Source: Azolla caroliniana (lineage: Eukaryota; Plantae; Polypodiophyta). From it: a stretch of 64,000 nt of DNA. Under the pieces are notes generated by a model. The model was not told where the DNA came from, ran no database searches, and saw nothing but the letters and a program-made list of their open reading frames with translations. The stretch spans positions 4,154,001 through 4,218,000 of the forward strand of contig JBHGNT010000018.1 of the NCBI GenBank assembly GCA_043228905.1. Direction: 5' to 3'. Shown here piece by piece: positions 12,920 through 25,600 of this stretch (within the stretch, counting starts at the first letter, position 1; the number at the start of each line of letters is the position of its first letter). The position numbers and the translations under genes are program-made.

Positions 12920-13746
12920 TGTCGTGAAGATTTTCGGCAATAGTGTGAAAATCCTATAAAACGTACGAAATCGAGTATGAATCACGTAGTACAATAATTG
13001 TGAAGATAACATTTTAAATAGATTTAATATCTAAGTACAAAATGATGGAGGTTTCGAATGCACTTTATTACACAAGAAACGGACAACTAAATGTCAAGAT
13101 ATGAGGGTATAAAGTTTGTAAAAGGAAAGGAGAAAATTGTGAGATATCCCACATAGGCACGACAAATACAGCTCTCATCATATATAAGGTGGAGCAAAAG
13201 ATATTATCTTTGTGTCTATGTGTGGAGCATAGAGAGTTCAAGGTAACTTGAACTAAGAGTGGAGGTGGGCTAGCTACTCGTAAAGGGTAAAGGGTTTTGG
13301 CCAACCAAAACCGGACCGGCGATGGAGCCGATGATCTAGCGGCATCCGACGGCAATCCGGCGGCGGCACCGGCATCCGGCGAACTGGCGTCCGGCGACTA
13401 GATAAATAAATATATAAATATATATACATATTTACATATACAAGGAGGGCAAGTAAGGATTCAAACCTTGCACCTCCAAGTTAGGAGTCAAATGGCTTAC
13501 CATTAAGCCATGCTATTTAGTTGAAATTATATTTCTATCATTGTACTTTTACATGTAAATTCTCATACATGAGAACTAAAACGAGTGACATGGTTATCAA
13601 ATTGATCGTGTAATCTCAACTTCTCTCTTTCCCAATCTATCTTAAGTACTTTCTCGTCAAAGCTTGTATCGACTCTAAATCCTTCTGGTCCAGAACCCCG
13701 GCGGTTCCGCCTCACGATCCGCGCGTAGTGACGGATCTTCACGACA
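12920..13746 (+). repeat. 3' LTR of element C
   Basis: Direct repeat of 6275-7096 with a few substitutions and small indels. Confidence 0.95.
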
Positions 13747-15730
13747 TACGCGCTGCTAGGTATGAACGCTGTGATAATGCATCTGCTTTCCCTTGATGTT
13801 TCCCAGGTCGATATGTAATCTTGAAGTCGAAACGCGTGAGAAAATGGGCCCACCGAGCTTGACGTCGATTTAACACACGAGCGTCTTGAAAATAGGTGAG
13901 GTTTTTGTGGTCACTGAATACAGTGACTTGATGAGAAGATCCCTCTAGAAAATGCCTCCATTGCATAAAAGAGTCCACTATAGCCAATAGCTCTTTATCA
14001 TGAATTTCGTAGTTGATTTCGGCGGCGTCAAACTTGCGTGAGTGAAAAGCCTCAGGATGTAGTTTTTCATCATTACCTCATTGTGATAGAATGCTTCCTA
14101 ATGCAAAATCCGATGCGTCCGCTTCGATGAGGAATGGTTTTTCTGGATCAACGTGAGCTAGAATCGGAGCCGATGTAAATGCCTGTTTAAGATTCTCAAA
14201 AGCCATGTCTGCTTCTTCAGACCAAACAAACGATTGTCCCTTCCTAGTAAGTTGTGTAAGAGGCAAAACGAGCTTTGAGTAATCCTTTATAAACTTCCGG
14301 TAAAAGTTGGCAAAGCCTAGAAAGCATTGCACATCCCGCACCGAACACGGAGTCTGCCATTCTACCACCGTTTTGACTTTAGCTGGGTCCATGGAGATGC
14401 CTTCTGAGGAAATGACATAGCCAAGAAATTCCACCTGGTTGCACCCGAAACTACATTTTTCCAGCTTTGCGTAGAGACCATGTTCTCGAAGTCGTTTTAG
14501 TACTAACAGTACATGAGAATCATGCTCTTCTTGGGTCTTCGAGTAAACCAGTAGATCATCCAAATAGATGATTAGAGACACATCCAAGAGATCTCGGAAA
14601 ATATCATTTGCCCTGTGCTGGAAGACTGTTGGCGCATTAGTGAGGCTGAACGGCATGACCGTATACTCGAAGTGCCCATATCTGGTGCGGAACGCGGTCT
14701 TCCATTCATCTCCTGGTCGGATCCGTACGAGGTAATAGGCTCCCCGTAAGTCGATCTTCGTGAAGAACCTGGCACCATTGATCCGTTCTAAAAGACTTGA
14801 GATAAGGGGGAGTGCATACCTATTTCGGATTGTAACCTTATTCAAGCCACGGTAATCTACAACGAGCCGAAGTGAGCCATCCTTTTTCTTGACGAAGAAA
14901 ATGGGTGCGCCGGCTGGAGATTTCGAATGTCATATAAAACCATTCTCCAAATTCTCCTCTATATAGGCTCGAAGGACTTCTAGTTCGGTTGGTGACAAAT
15001 TGTAGATCGGTCCCCAAGGTGGCTCTTTCCCCGGTTGTAAATCGATGGGGCAATCATATGGTCGATGGTGAGGAAGCGTACTGGCTTGTACTTTATCAAA
15101 CACATCGGCATACTGATGATACTTCTCTGGAAGTTGAACGGTGGAATCCTCTTTAGTGGTGTTGGAGGGGTTTACTGATATTGCGAAGAGGAACATTTCT
15201 TCCTTGCATCCTTCCTCACGCAACTGATGTAGTGAAATCGTTGCAATCTCATGAGTAGACCCTCGGGCTTTTCGATGCCGGATTTCTCTTGTCCGCCAAT
15301 CTATGTCTGGGTTATGTAATTCGAACCATGGTAATCCTAAGACAATGGGGTGTTCTGGGATGCTAATTATATTAAATGATATGACACATGCTAGATTATC
15401 TAGGACAACATTAACGGGCTCTGACTCTTCTATGATATTTCCTGAGGCAATGGGACGACCATCGACGACTACTACAAGGGCAAGACACGGGAGTTTTCTG
15501 AGAGATATCTGATGAGCTTGGGCAAATTTCCTATCCATGAAGCAAGAATTAACTCTGGAATCTAGAAGTGCTAAGACATGTACTGGAGGAGTACTTTTAG
15601 TACTAACTATTACTTGGGCTACGAACACATTGCTAACTTGCTTAGAGGGAATGGAACCACTAATGGGTTGCACAGATCTAGGGTTGTCCAACCAAACAGC
15701 TCCTATTTTGACTGGACTTAGTCGTTTAAC
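13747..15730 (-). pseudogene. Element B pol 5' part: protease, RT, RNase H
   Basis: LLDSRVNSCF protease, YLDDLL RT, EADASD RNase H; stops at 14930 and 14078. Confidence 0.9.
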
Positions 15731-16902
15731 TCTTCTTCTAACTGACTAAGGACATCAAATTTGTTTGCTAGATTTGGGCTATTAGTACTATTAGGACTAT
15801 CAGATATCCCTACTGAAATAGACTCAGGTTTAGTACAATTAGAACTAGCTACTATTTGGTTTACCTGCCTTCTTGGCCTATGGGGACAGTTTACCGCGAT
15901 ATGCCCTGGTCCACTGCAATAAAGACATAGTCGGTTTGCTCGGCGTCGTTGCTTTTCTTCTTTCGATAGCGGTCCACGACGACGTGTGGTGTCAATTTCC
16001 ATCGGAAGTACTCGTCCACGACGACGTGTGGTGTCAATTTCCATCGGAGTTGGAGTACTTGTTGGAGGCGCATTATATGACTCCCTCGGAAAAGGTTTCG
16101 CTACCACTGAGGCATAGTTAGGCTCTGATCTTGCCCTCGAAATCTGGAATTGTAGTTCCGAACGTCGTTCGAAGAGGCGGTTGTCGCATCTCACCGCGCA
16201 ACTAATTGCTTCTGTTAATGACTTTGGCTCTTTGAGGAAGGTCAAGAGTAAATCCTTGACATCGTTGCGTAAGCCATAACGGAATTTCTCCATCAATGCG
16301 TGATCATCCCAAGGGATATCGGCAGCGAGTAGGCGGAAATCTGCAGCGTATGCGGAAGCTGGACGATCACCTTGGCGTAATCGCCGGATTTTGTTGATTG
16401 CAGTCCTTATGCTGTCAGTATCTCCAAAACAGGCCTTAAACTCACTTATAAATTCTTCAAAACTGTTTAATAATGGAGAATCCTTTTCCAACAATGGAGC
16501 AAACCATGCTAATGTTGAGCCACTAAAGAGAGTGCCTACTAGTCCCACTCGTGATGCATCGGTGGGATATCGAGAAGGATGCATTTGTATCACTAAACGT
16601 ACCTGATTCAAAAACCCTCTAAACTGTGATCGGGTCCCATCAAATTTTGCAGGAAGACCAATCTTGGGTTCTTTGTGAATCCCTTGAGTGCTTGATCCTT
16701 GTTGTTGTAATGATATGATAGTCGCTTTGAGTTGTTGTACACGTAGAGTCAGCTCCCCATGTTGTTGTTGTTTTTCCAACGCTATTTGTTGAAGCTCCCC
16801 CAACAAGCGATGATTTTCTTGTTCTAGTGCTACAAATTTCTCTTTTAAGCACTGGAGCTCCGAGAAAACAGATTGGTATTCCTGAGCACTAACAGTTTCC
16901 AT
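15718..16902 (-). CDS. Element B Gag (open ORF, 394 aa from ATG)
   Basis: PAKFDGTRSQFRGF capsid motif (Tf1/PEG10-like), PMEID, CLYCSGPGHIAVNC knuckle. Confidence 0.88.
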   Translation of the reverse strand: METVSAQEYQSVFSELQCLKEKFVALEQENHRLLGELQQIALEKQQQHGELTLRVQQLKATIISLQQQGSSTQGIHKEPKIGLPAKFDGTRSQFRGFLNQVRLVIQMHPSRYPTDASRVGLVGTLFSGSTLAWFAPLLEKDSPLLNSFEEFISEFKACFGDTDSIRTAINKIRRLRQGDRPASAYAADFRLLAADIPWDDHALMEKFRYGLRNDVKDLLLTFLKEPKSLTEAISCAVRCDNRLFERRSELQFQISRARSEPNYASVVAKPFPRESYNAPPTSTPTPMEIDTTRRRGRVLPMEIDTTRRRGPLSKEEKQRRRANRLCLYCSGPGHIAVNCPHRPRRQVNQIVASSNCTKPESISVGISDSPNSTNSPNLANKFDVLSQLEEELND

Positions 16903-16997
16903 TTTACTAGGGAGGATAAGAGGATTAATAAGAAGATAAAAGGAAAAGGAGGAAAGGAAGATGAGGAAAGGAAGATCGACCGCAAATCGGTTCAAAT

Positions 16998-17415
16998 TGT
17001 CAGGAACAGTACTAAGACAGAGAAGGAATTAGTACTAAAAGAAGTATTAGTACTAAGAGAGGTGAAGAACTCTCGAGAGAAGGAAAGAGTGAGTGAGAGG
17101 GAGGGAGAGAGAGAGAGATGATAAGAAAAGATATATATTATGTGAAGAGAATGTACAGTAGTAGCTAGGAGGCTTAAGATTGGCGTTGAACCGATTTGGT
17201 TTGAAATAATGCCTCGTGCCTCCTTTTATAGTGTTCTAAGGAATACTCCTGAAGTTTCTAGAATGTTCTAGAGAAATCTGGAATATACATCAATTTTCTA
17301 TAATAAAACATAAATCAAAAATAATATTCTACGTATTACAATGTATGGTCTAATGGTCAAGAGCGCGACCCATGTAGCATAAGGTCATGGGTTCGAGTCT
17401 TGCCATATCATGACA
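16998..17415 (-). repeat. 5' LTR of element B
   Basis: TGTCATG...CCTGACA termini on the - strand, TATAAAA at 17230-17224; homologous to LTRs at 27124-27542 and 30551-30957. Confidence 0.92.
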
Positions 17416-20400
17416 AGGAGTTTGTCCCAATGTTAAAGTCACGATCGGGGATGTGGAGATGCATCAACACTTCTTCATGCAAGAATCGGCGTCGCATCCT
17501 GTCATCCTAGGACAACCGTATATTACATCATCTCGGATGGAGACCAAAGTGTTCGATAATGGAGCAGGACAACCGTATATTACATCATCTCGGATGGAGA
17601 CCAAAGTGTTCGATAATGGAGCAGCCTTCGCACGAATAAAGAGTCTTGACAACCAAAGATTGGTCCAATTCCTAATGGTGCGAGCCAATCATGAAAGGAT
17701 TTGAGATAGTCTTGGAGGCGAGACCTCGGATTTTTAGAGTGGACTATTGAAGCATGGGGCACAAATAGTCCGAGCAATCGCAAGTCCCCACAAGAAAGTA
17801 GAGTGCGTGGATTGCGAGAAGAAGCCACATGTGTCACACCTAGTGGCGCATGTAAACTAGTACTACCTGACAAGAAGGACAAGCATCGGATACAAAACTT
17901 CGAGAAGATGCTGAAAGAAGAAAACATAATAGAAGAAGAAGAGTTCGTGACTCATACTATGGAAGAAGCCTCATTTAACGACACCATCGGCGAAATCGAG
18001 GACGTCGTGGACTTGAGCTATCTTCACGATCATCACGTGATTTTGGTTAGCTCCATCAACATGTACGTTATCATCGATGAATATCATCAAAGCATCTTGA
18101 TGAAGGAAACTGACATCAACACAAAATATAAAACGGTGGATAAGAAGGTCAAGCCAATTGCAGTTCTGCTACCGGAAGATAGCTGGCAAAAGATGAAGGA
18201 AGTCACTAATGATCCAAGCTTAAGAGATCCGAAGACAATAGGTCATGTCTTCACCAAAGAGACGAAGGGAAAGCTACGAGTTCGAAGGGAGGATTTCCTT
18301 CTCCCTAAAGAGGAGCGAAAGTTTTGCGACATGCTTGAGAAACATGGGAAGGCTTTCACATTTTTCCCACAAGAAATCAGATGTGCTGATCCAAGGGCGA
18401 TAGAGCCGATGGTGATCTTCACGGTGCCGCACGTACCTTGGAATTTGAAACCGATACCGGTTTCGAGAGCACACCTACCGAAGTTGATCGAGCTCTTAAA
18501 GCAGAAGGTGAATATGGGAATTCTGGAACCGTCGAATGCTCCTTATTCCAATAGGTGGTTCACGGTGCCGAAGAAGAATGGATCATTGCAATTCATCGAA
18601 GATCTTCAACCCGTCAACGAGGTGACAAATCAAAATGCCGAAATCAGTCCGAGCGTGGACGAATTTGTTGAGGCGTTTGCGGGCCGGTCCATCTACTCCA
18701 TTGGCAATCTCTACTCCGGATATGACCAATTCCAATTGGCGATCGACAGTCATGACATTACAACCATGAGGACTCCGATCGGGCTTGTGCGGATGTGTAC
18801 CTTACCTCAAGGCGCAACAAACTCGGTGGCTCATATGGTGAATGCCATGAACAAAGTCTTGAAGGATTGTATCCCAGACATCATGATGCCATTCTTGGAT
18901 GATATTCCGATAAAAGGATGTTTGGATAAGGAGAAAGATGAATCGAAAGATAAGGAAGGGTGTAGAAAGTTCGTCGCGGATCATATGAAAGATTGCGAGA
19001 AGGTGCTTCAAAGGTTCGAAGATGCGAATTTGACATTTTCGGGAGAAAAATCCGCATTCGTGCAACCAGAGATCGTGGTGGTAGGTCACTTGTGTGGAGC
19101 ATGCGACCGGAAGCCTTAGCCATCCAAAGTGAACGCGATCCAAGACATGAAGGTTCCTTGGAGCATGCACGTTTTATCATATCTGGATTCCTCACTACGC
19201 TCATGTCGCCGAACCGTTATATGAACTACTAAAGAAAAGAATGAAGTTCGAATGGCGAAGCGAGCATACAAACGCGATGCGAAGATTGAAGAAATTACTT
19301 CTTGAAGCTCCAACAGTAAGAAAGGACAACTATACCGAAAGGAAGCTTATTTATGTGACTGTAGATACGAGCCCAACCGGAATGGGGTGGGTCATCAACC
19401 AAGAAGGAGAAGATAATGCGTGAAATGCCATCCAGTTCGGAGCAAAGGTTCTCAGCGAACGGCAACAAAAATACGCCCAAGTCAAGCGGGAACTTTGGGG
19501 TATTGTGTCGGCAGTGAAGACGAGCAAAGATTACCTGATCGGGACAGAAGTGATAATAGAGACAGATTGTCTCCCAATCCTCAGAATGATCTCGGGATGT
19601 GCGACCCCAGATCTAGCTAAGCTAAGGTGGATCGCCTATATCAAGCCTTTAAACCCAAAGATCCGTCACATTGTAGGGAAGAAGAACACCATGGCTGATA
19701 TGTTGTCAAGGGCAAGATTTGAAAGTGAAAGTGACATGGTTTCGGAAGATGAAGACGTCACCCTCGACTTCTTCAAGATGGCTCGATTATCGGTGGAAGA
19801 CAAGGACACGCTAACCCTCCACGCCTTCAACGAGGACGAGTACGAAGGACAGTGGTTACTAATCGGCAGATTCTTAAGAACAATGACGACGGCTAAAGCT
19901 TATTGATAGTTCTTGAAGGGAGGCTTCCTTTGGCGACACCCAGAAAGAAGGACAGGAATACCACGCCGAGTGGTGGTGAAGAAAGAAGAGCAAGTGACGC
20001 TGATGACCGAATTCCACGAGAGTGCTTGGGCAGGTCATAGAGGAACATGGGCGACGTTCGAAAAGTTGAAGGAAAAGTATTGGTGGCCAAGCATGTACAA
20101 AGATGTACTCCATTTCGTGTCCACGTGCGAAACTTGCCAAGTACATTCCAACATACGTCATCGTGATGAGCTACGACCGACATACCCGCTCACCATACAC
20201 TTCAAATGGATGGTTGATCTGGTCTCGATGCCAATGGGAGTGGGACAAATGAAGTACTTAGTGTTGGCAAGAGAAGACTTGACAAATCAAGTGGAAGGGC
20301 GAGCCTTGACAAATAAGACGACGTCAGCTGTTTGCAAATTTCTACTTGAAGAGGTTGTCTGCCGATACGGATGTGTGGGGAAGATAGTCGACGACCGAGG

Positions 20401-22465
20401 GGAGTTGGACGCACACGAAGCAACGAAGCTTTTCGAATGACTAGGCATGAAGCTCTCCCTCACGACTGTCTACAATCCAGAAGCGAATGGGAAGATCGAG
20501 CGAGGGCATGGACCCATCATCAAAGCCATCATACAAGCATGCAACAGTTGAATCGGGAATTGGCCACGACTATTGCCCTATGCCTTGTGGGCCGACATAA
20601 CGACACACAACTCGGTGACAGGGTATATGCCAACGGAGCTTATGTATGGACAAAAACTGGTGATGCCCATCAAGAGGACGATCGCCTCATGGGTAGCGAC
20701 ACCATGGGAGAACAAGATGAGCCGAGAAGAATTATTAGTGGCACGGATAAGGCAACTTGAAAGGAGACCTGAAGATCTAGAACATGCGCGAAAAATGATG
20801 GGGGCAACCCAAGTCAAGAACAAAATTCGGTTCGACAAGACGCATCGACTACGTCCTAAGAGGATCGAAGAAGGAGATTGGGTATTGGTTTATGATACCA
20901 GCCTTGACAATCAACATAGTACAACAAGAAAGTTTGCAAGAAGATGGTTCGAACCTAGATGGATCAAGGTTGGTCATACCCATTGCGGGAAAAAGAGTAA
21001 AGGTTTTCAAGAAAAGACAAGACGAGGATCCTGACCTCGATCACCTCGACGATGAAGATGGATGTGAATGAAGACGTGGAGGAATCTGATTGATCACCGT
21101 AGCCGAAATCTCACACTCTCTCTTCTTGGCACATACTAGAGGACGTGCGGTTTGGTGGGGCTTGATGTCGTGAAGATTTTCGGCAATGGTGTGAAAACCA
21201 CATAAAACTACAAAAGGATGGAGGTCTTGAAGAGCTTTCGGATGCACTTTACTACATAAGAAACGAACATCTAAGTGTCAACTTATGTGGGTATGAAGTT
21301 TTGCAAAAGAAAAAGAGAAAAATAAAACTTTGAAAAATATCCCACATAGATAGGAAAGTTAAGGCCCTGGCTGTATAAGCACATTGAGATCCCTTATTTT
21401 TCATTTGTGCTAAGAGCACTTTGGCCACTTTGTCTAGATGGATGAATGTGGCCAAATTCCCAAAAACCGACTGGCAATAAAATGGAACCGGAAATCGGCC
21501 GATAAACTAGAAACCAAACCAGAACCGGCCGGTAAGCAAATTGGAACCGACCGGAAAGCAAACCGGGACTGATTGGTAAGCAATCCAGAACCGTCGAGTA
21601 AGCAAACCGGAATTGGCCAGAAAACAAACAAGAACCAGTCGGAAAACAAAACCGGAACTAGCCGGTAAGCAAACTGGAACCGGTCGGCAAGCTAATCGGA
21701 ACCGACGAAATCGGCAATCAGATGATGTCGGAAACCGGGCGAAACCGACAACCGGAGACCGGATGAAACTGGTGATCGGGCGGAACACGCGACCGGACGA
21801 GGCTGGACACGGACCAGACGGATCGGTCGGGTCGGTTGATCATGGTGCATGGTGTCTTAAAGATATTTGGTCCAAAAGCCTAATAGTATTTTGTGCATAA
21901 AAGAAAAAGATGTAAGCAAGACTCAAACTTAACCCCTCCAAGATAGGAAGCAATAGGCTTACCATTAAGCCAAACCATTTCTTTAGAGATTATATTTTTA
22001 TCTATTATAACTTTACATGTAAATTCTCATACATGAGAGCTAAAATGAGTGACATGGTTATCATGCACCACATGTAATACATGAGCTCCAAATGGCAAAC
22101 ATGCATTTTATGCATGTCTTGTACCCTCAAATGCATGAGGGCATTTATAAAAGAGGGGGGGGAAAAGATGAAAGGACTAATGTAAAATTTTTATCAAGAA
22201 CTTTGTACTTTAAATAAAAAATTAAGAAGAAAATTCGTTATCCAATTGATGTATTAATCTTGTTCTTGAAATCTAAAGTCAAGAATTCAATCTTAATCTC
22301 TCTCTCAATCTAAATCAAGCATTCTATCTTATCTCAATCTCTCTCTTTCTTTCAATCTATCTTAATTCCTTTCTCGCTAAAGCTTGTGCAAGCTTTAATC
22401 CTTTCGGTTCAAAACCCTGGCGGTTCCGCCTCACGAACCGCACGTAGTGACGGATCTTCACGACA
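17416..22465 (+). mobile_element. Phygy-like Gypsy element D, 3' portion (protease end, pol, 3' LTR); relative of C
   Basis: Colinear with C from ~9097 onward; ORFs 17803-19119, 19505-19906, 19913-20440, 20573-21034; 3' LTR 21166-22465. Confidence 0.92.
21166..22465 (+). repeat. 3' LTR of element D (1.3 kb; degenerate AACCGG-rich tandem repeats at ~21465-21830)
   Basis: Same TGTCGTGAAGAT...ATCTTCACGACA termini as C; follows a PPT-like GGTGGGG. Confidence 0.9.
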
Positions 22466-22571
22466 ACGGAACTTAAGCGAAACTCTTCTATATGATGATC
22501 ATGGAATGGTGTATGTAGACAGAGAGATCAATGGCGGATGGAAACATTAAACACGATGTTGTAGAGCACGC

Positions 22572-22617
<46 letters not shown>

Positions 22618-25600
22618 CACAACAAACTAGTTGTGTATTAGGCAATAGAACAAAGAGCAACAACAACAACATTTAACTAGGTTAAAAAGTCAATTTATAT
22701 ACTGACTAACTTAGGGCAATTGCCCTTCTCAGTATTTACATAAATAGTCTAAGTCTAGTGTGTACAAAAGGAGACAATGTGAATACGTCCATTAGACACC
22801 CATATTCAACACTCCCCTGTAATGGGCGTATACATATTAAACTTATACTCAAAACGAGTATATAATACAGATTGATACAAGGCTTCGAACAACCAAAGTC
22901 TGGTGTCTGAAAAAGGAACGCAATTGTTCGATTTAATCGAACTGATTCTCCATTACGCCCATGTGTTGTCTAAGAGATCGAAATCGATTTGTCAAGAGAC
23001 ACTTTGTCATTGTGTCCGCGAAATTATCAGCTCTAGATATCTTCGCAAGGCTGATTTTCCCTGAAAATGACGTAGTCCCGAACGAAGTGATATCGAATGT
23101 CGATATGCTTGGAGGCATTATGCCTAACCGGATTTTTTGACATAGCGACAACACCTTGATTGTTGCTATAAACAATCGGAGTCGAACCGATTTCGGCCTG
23201 ACGAAACGTGCAGGCCAGCTGGCCAAGCCATAAGGCCTCTTTCACCGCATTGGAAGTAGCTACATATTCGGCTTCGGTAGTTGATGTGGTCGTGCATTCC
23301 TGAAGTTTGGATTTCCATGAGATGACCCCATTTCCAAATTTGAAACAATATCTAGTTGTTGATTTTGGGTTGTTTATGCAATCCGCGAAGTCAGAGTTGG
23401 TATATCCGACTACGCTTGAGTTGTCGTTCGGTCCGAACAGAATACCAAGGTCTTTTGTGTCCGCCAGATATCTGAACACATGCTTAACTGCGTTCCAATG
23501 CGATCGACCGGGGTTATGCATAAATCTGCTAACGACTCCAACGGCGTGAGCTATATCAGGCCATGTCGCGACCATCGCGTACATGAGGGAGCCGACTACC
23601 AATGCATACGGTACCAACTTCATAATTTCCCCCTCTGGACCGGATGTCGGGTAGTCTCGACGAGACAGCCCAGAATTAATAGGTAGCGGGGTAGAGGCTG
23701 ATTTCGCTAATCACATGTTGCAGCGTTCAAGGACAAGTCCAATGTAGTCAGATTGAGACAGAAACAATTGTCGTCGATTTCGATTCCGACCTATCTTCAT
23801 GTCAAGAATGTGTCGTGCCGGATCGAGATCCTTCATGCCAAACTTCAACCGCAGTTGCCGAACGAATTCGGCTAGTTCACCTGCATGGCGTCTAGAAATT
23901 ACCATGTCGCCCATGTAGATGATGAGAAAGATGGATGATCCATCTCGAGTTGTTTTCTTGAAGAGACAGTGGTCCTCATGGCTCTTTGAGAAGCCGATCG
24001 ATTGGATGAAGTGGTCAAAGTTCTTATACCACTGTCGTGATGCTTGTTTCAAGCCGTAGAGACTCTTCCTGAGTCGGCAGATGACATGTTCTTGGTTGGG
24101 TACCACAAAGCCTTTCGGCTGCTCCATATAAATTTCCTCCTCAAGATCACCATGGAGGAAAGTCGTTTTGACATCTAGCTGAATCAGCTCCAAGTTTTCG
24201 GCTACCACTACGTCGAGCATAAAGTGAAGGGTTGTCATTTTCACCATTGGTGAAAAGATTTCGTCGAAATCAACGCCGTGTTCTTGTCGAAAACCCTTGG
24301 CTACTAATCTGGCCTTATCAGATGTCTCCTTAATTTGATAGACCCACTTGCACAGAAGAGCACGTCGATTTTTCGTGAGTTCGACCAAGTCCCAAGTAAT
24401 GTTCATACGAATAGAGTTCATTTCTGACTCCATTGCCAGATGCCAAGTGGCCAATTCGGCTGATGCCGAAGCTTGTTCGTATGACGTTGGTTCTCCGGCG
24501 TCCATGAAGAAGATACCAGGAGAGTATCTCTCCGGGGGTTGCGACAGTCTCTCGAATCTTCGAGGTATGACTGGACTGGTGAATCGTTCGGTTGTGTCAA
24601 GTCGGAATTCTCCGAGTCAGTGTTAGGGGGTTCAGCTACTCGTGAAGCTGACCGTGTCTTGTGAGCTGGACTTTCTTGAAGGGTTGGCACATCAGAAAAA
24701 GTTACCCTTTAGATTTCAATCAGTTTTTCGACCGATTGATTCATAGCTGACTCATTGAACACTACGTCCGAACTTCGAATGATTTGTCTATGTTGGGGTC
24801 CCAGAGTCGGTATCCCATTTCGCCATTTGATCCATAACCAAGGAAAATACATTTCTTGGACTATGGTGCAAGTATGCGGTGATCATCTTTCAGGATGAGG
24901 GCATATGCCTCACATCCGAAAATCCTTAGCTTATCGTAATTCGGCTTACTGCCGGTCCATAATTCCTGAGGTATCCAAAGTCCTAGAGGCCTACTCGGCG
25001 ACATATTGATTATGTGTATTGCGGTAAGTAGGGCCTCTGCCCAGAAGCCATCCAATAGTCCGGAGTTTTGGAGCATGGAATCTATCCTTTCTTGAATTGT
25101 TCCTCTAATTTGAACTCTCCCCCCTTATCGGTCCGAAAACATTTAAGTTTTCGCCCGGACTAATTCTCTACCATAGCGAGCCAATCGGAGAAGATCGAGA
25201 ACACACGATCTTTGGTTCTAATTGGATAAGCCCACACCTTCCTAGTCGAGTCATCAATGAAGCTAACGAAATACAAAGCACCGCCGAGTGACTGATGTGG
25301 CATAGGGCCACAGACATCTAAGTGAATCAAATCGAGCAGGCTCGATTCTCTTGGGGCTGAAGAAGGGTGTGTCGTGGCTATTTGTTTGCCATATTGACAG
25401 TGCTCGCAGAATTGATGATCTGAGAAGGAGAGTTTAGGGATGTAACTGGCTCTAGATAGGTGCGTGATGTTGTCCTTGTTGAGGTGTCCGACTCGTCCGT
25501 GCCATAGTGATGACACGGGAATGTCAACCAAAATAGGCTACCCTCCCTGAGAGTAACGTGCAATGGATACAGTGAATGTATCGTCGGTCCTCTAGCAAGC

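Larger units (their letters stand above)
6275..13746 (+). mobile_element. Full-length non-chromovirus Ty3/Gypsy element C (Phygy-like)
   Basis: Two ~0.82-kb LTRs with 12-bp terminal IR TGTCGTGAAGAT; tRNA-Trp PBS; gag-PR then RT-RH-INT with no chromodomain; PPT GGGGGTGGA before the 3' LTR. Lineage name is inferred. Confidence 0.93.
4601..17415 (-). mobile_element. Ty3/Gypsy chromovirus B (Tcn1/Tf1-like), interrupted by element C and itself inserted in element D
   Basis: 5' LTR 16998-17415; gag 15718-16902; PR/RT/RNase H 13747-15730; integrase and chromodomain 4655-6274; PPT at ~4663-4675; frame rejoins across C as SYLA(A/P)RPGEPT. Confidence 0.93.

Noticed and set aside
21465-21830. CRISPR-like array
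   Set aside because: Degenerate short tandem AACCGG repeats inside an LTR, with no constant repeat and unique spacers; eukaryotic context
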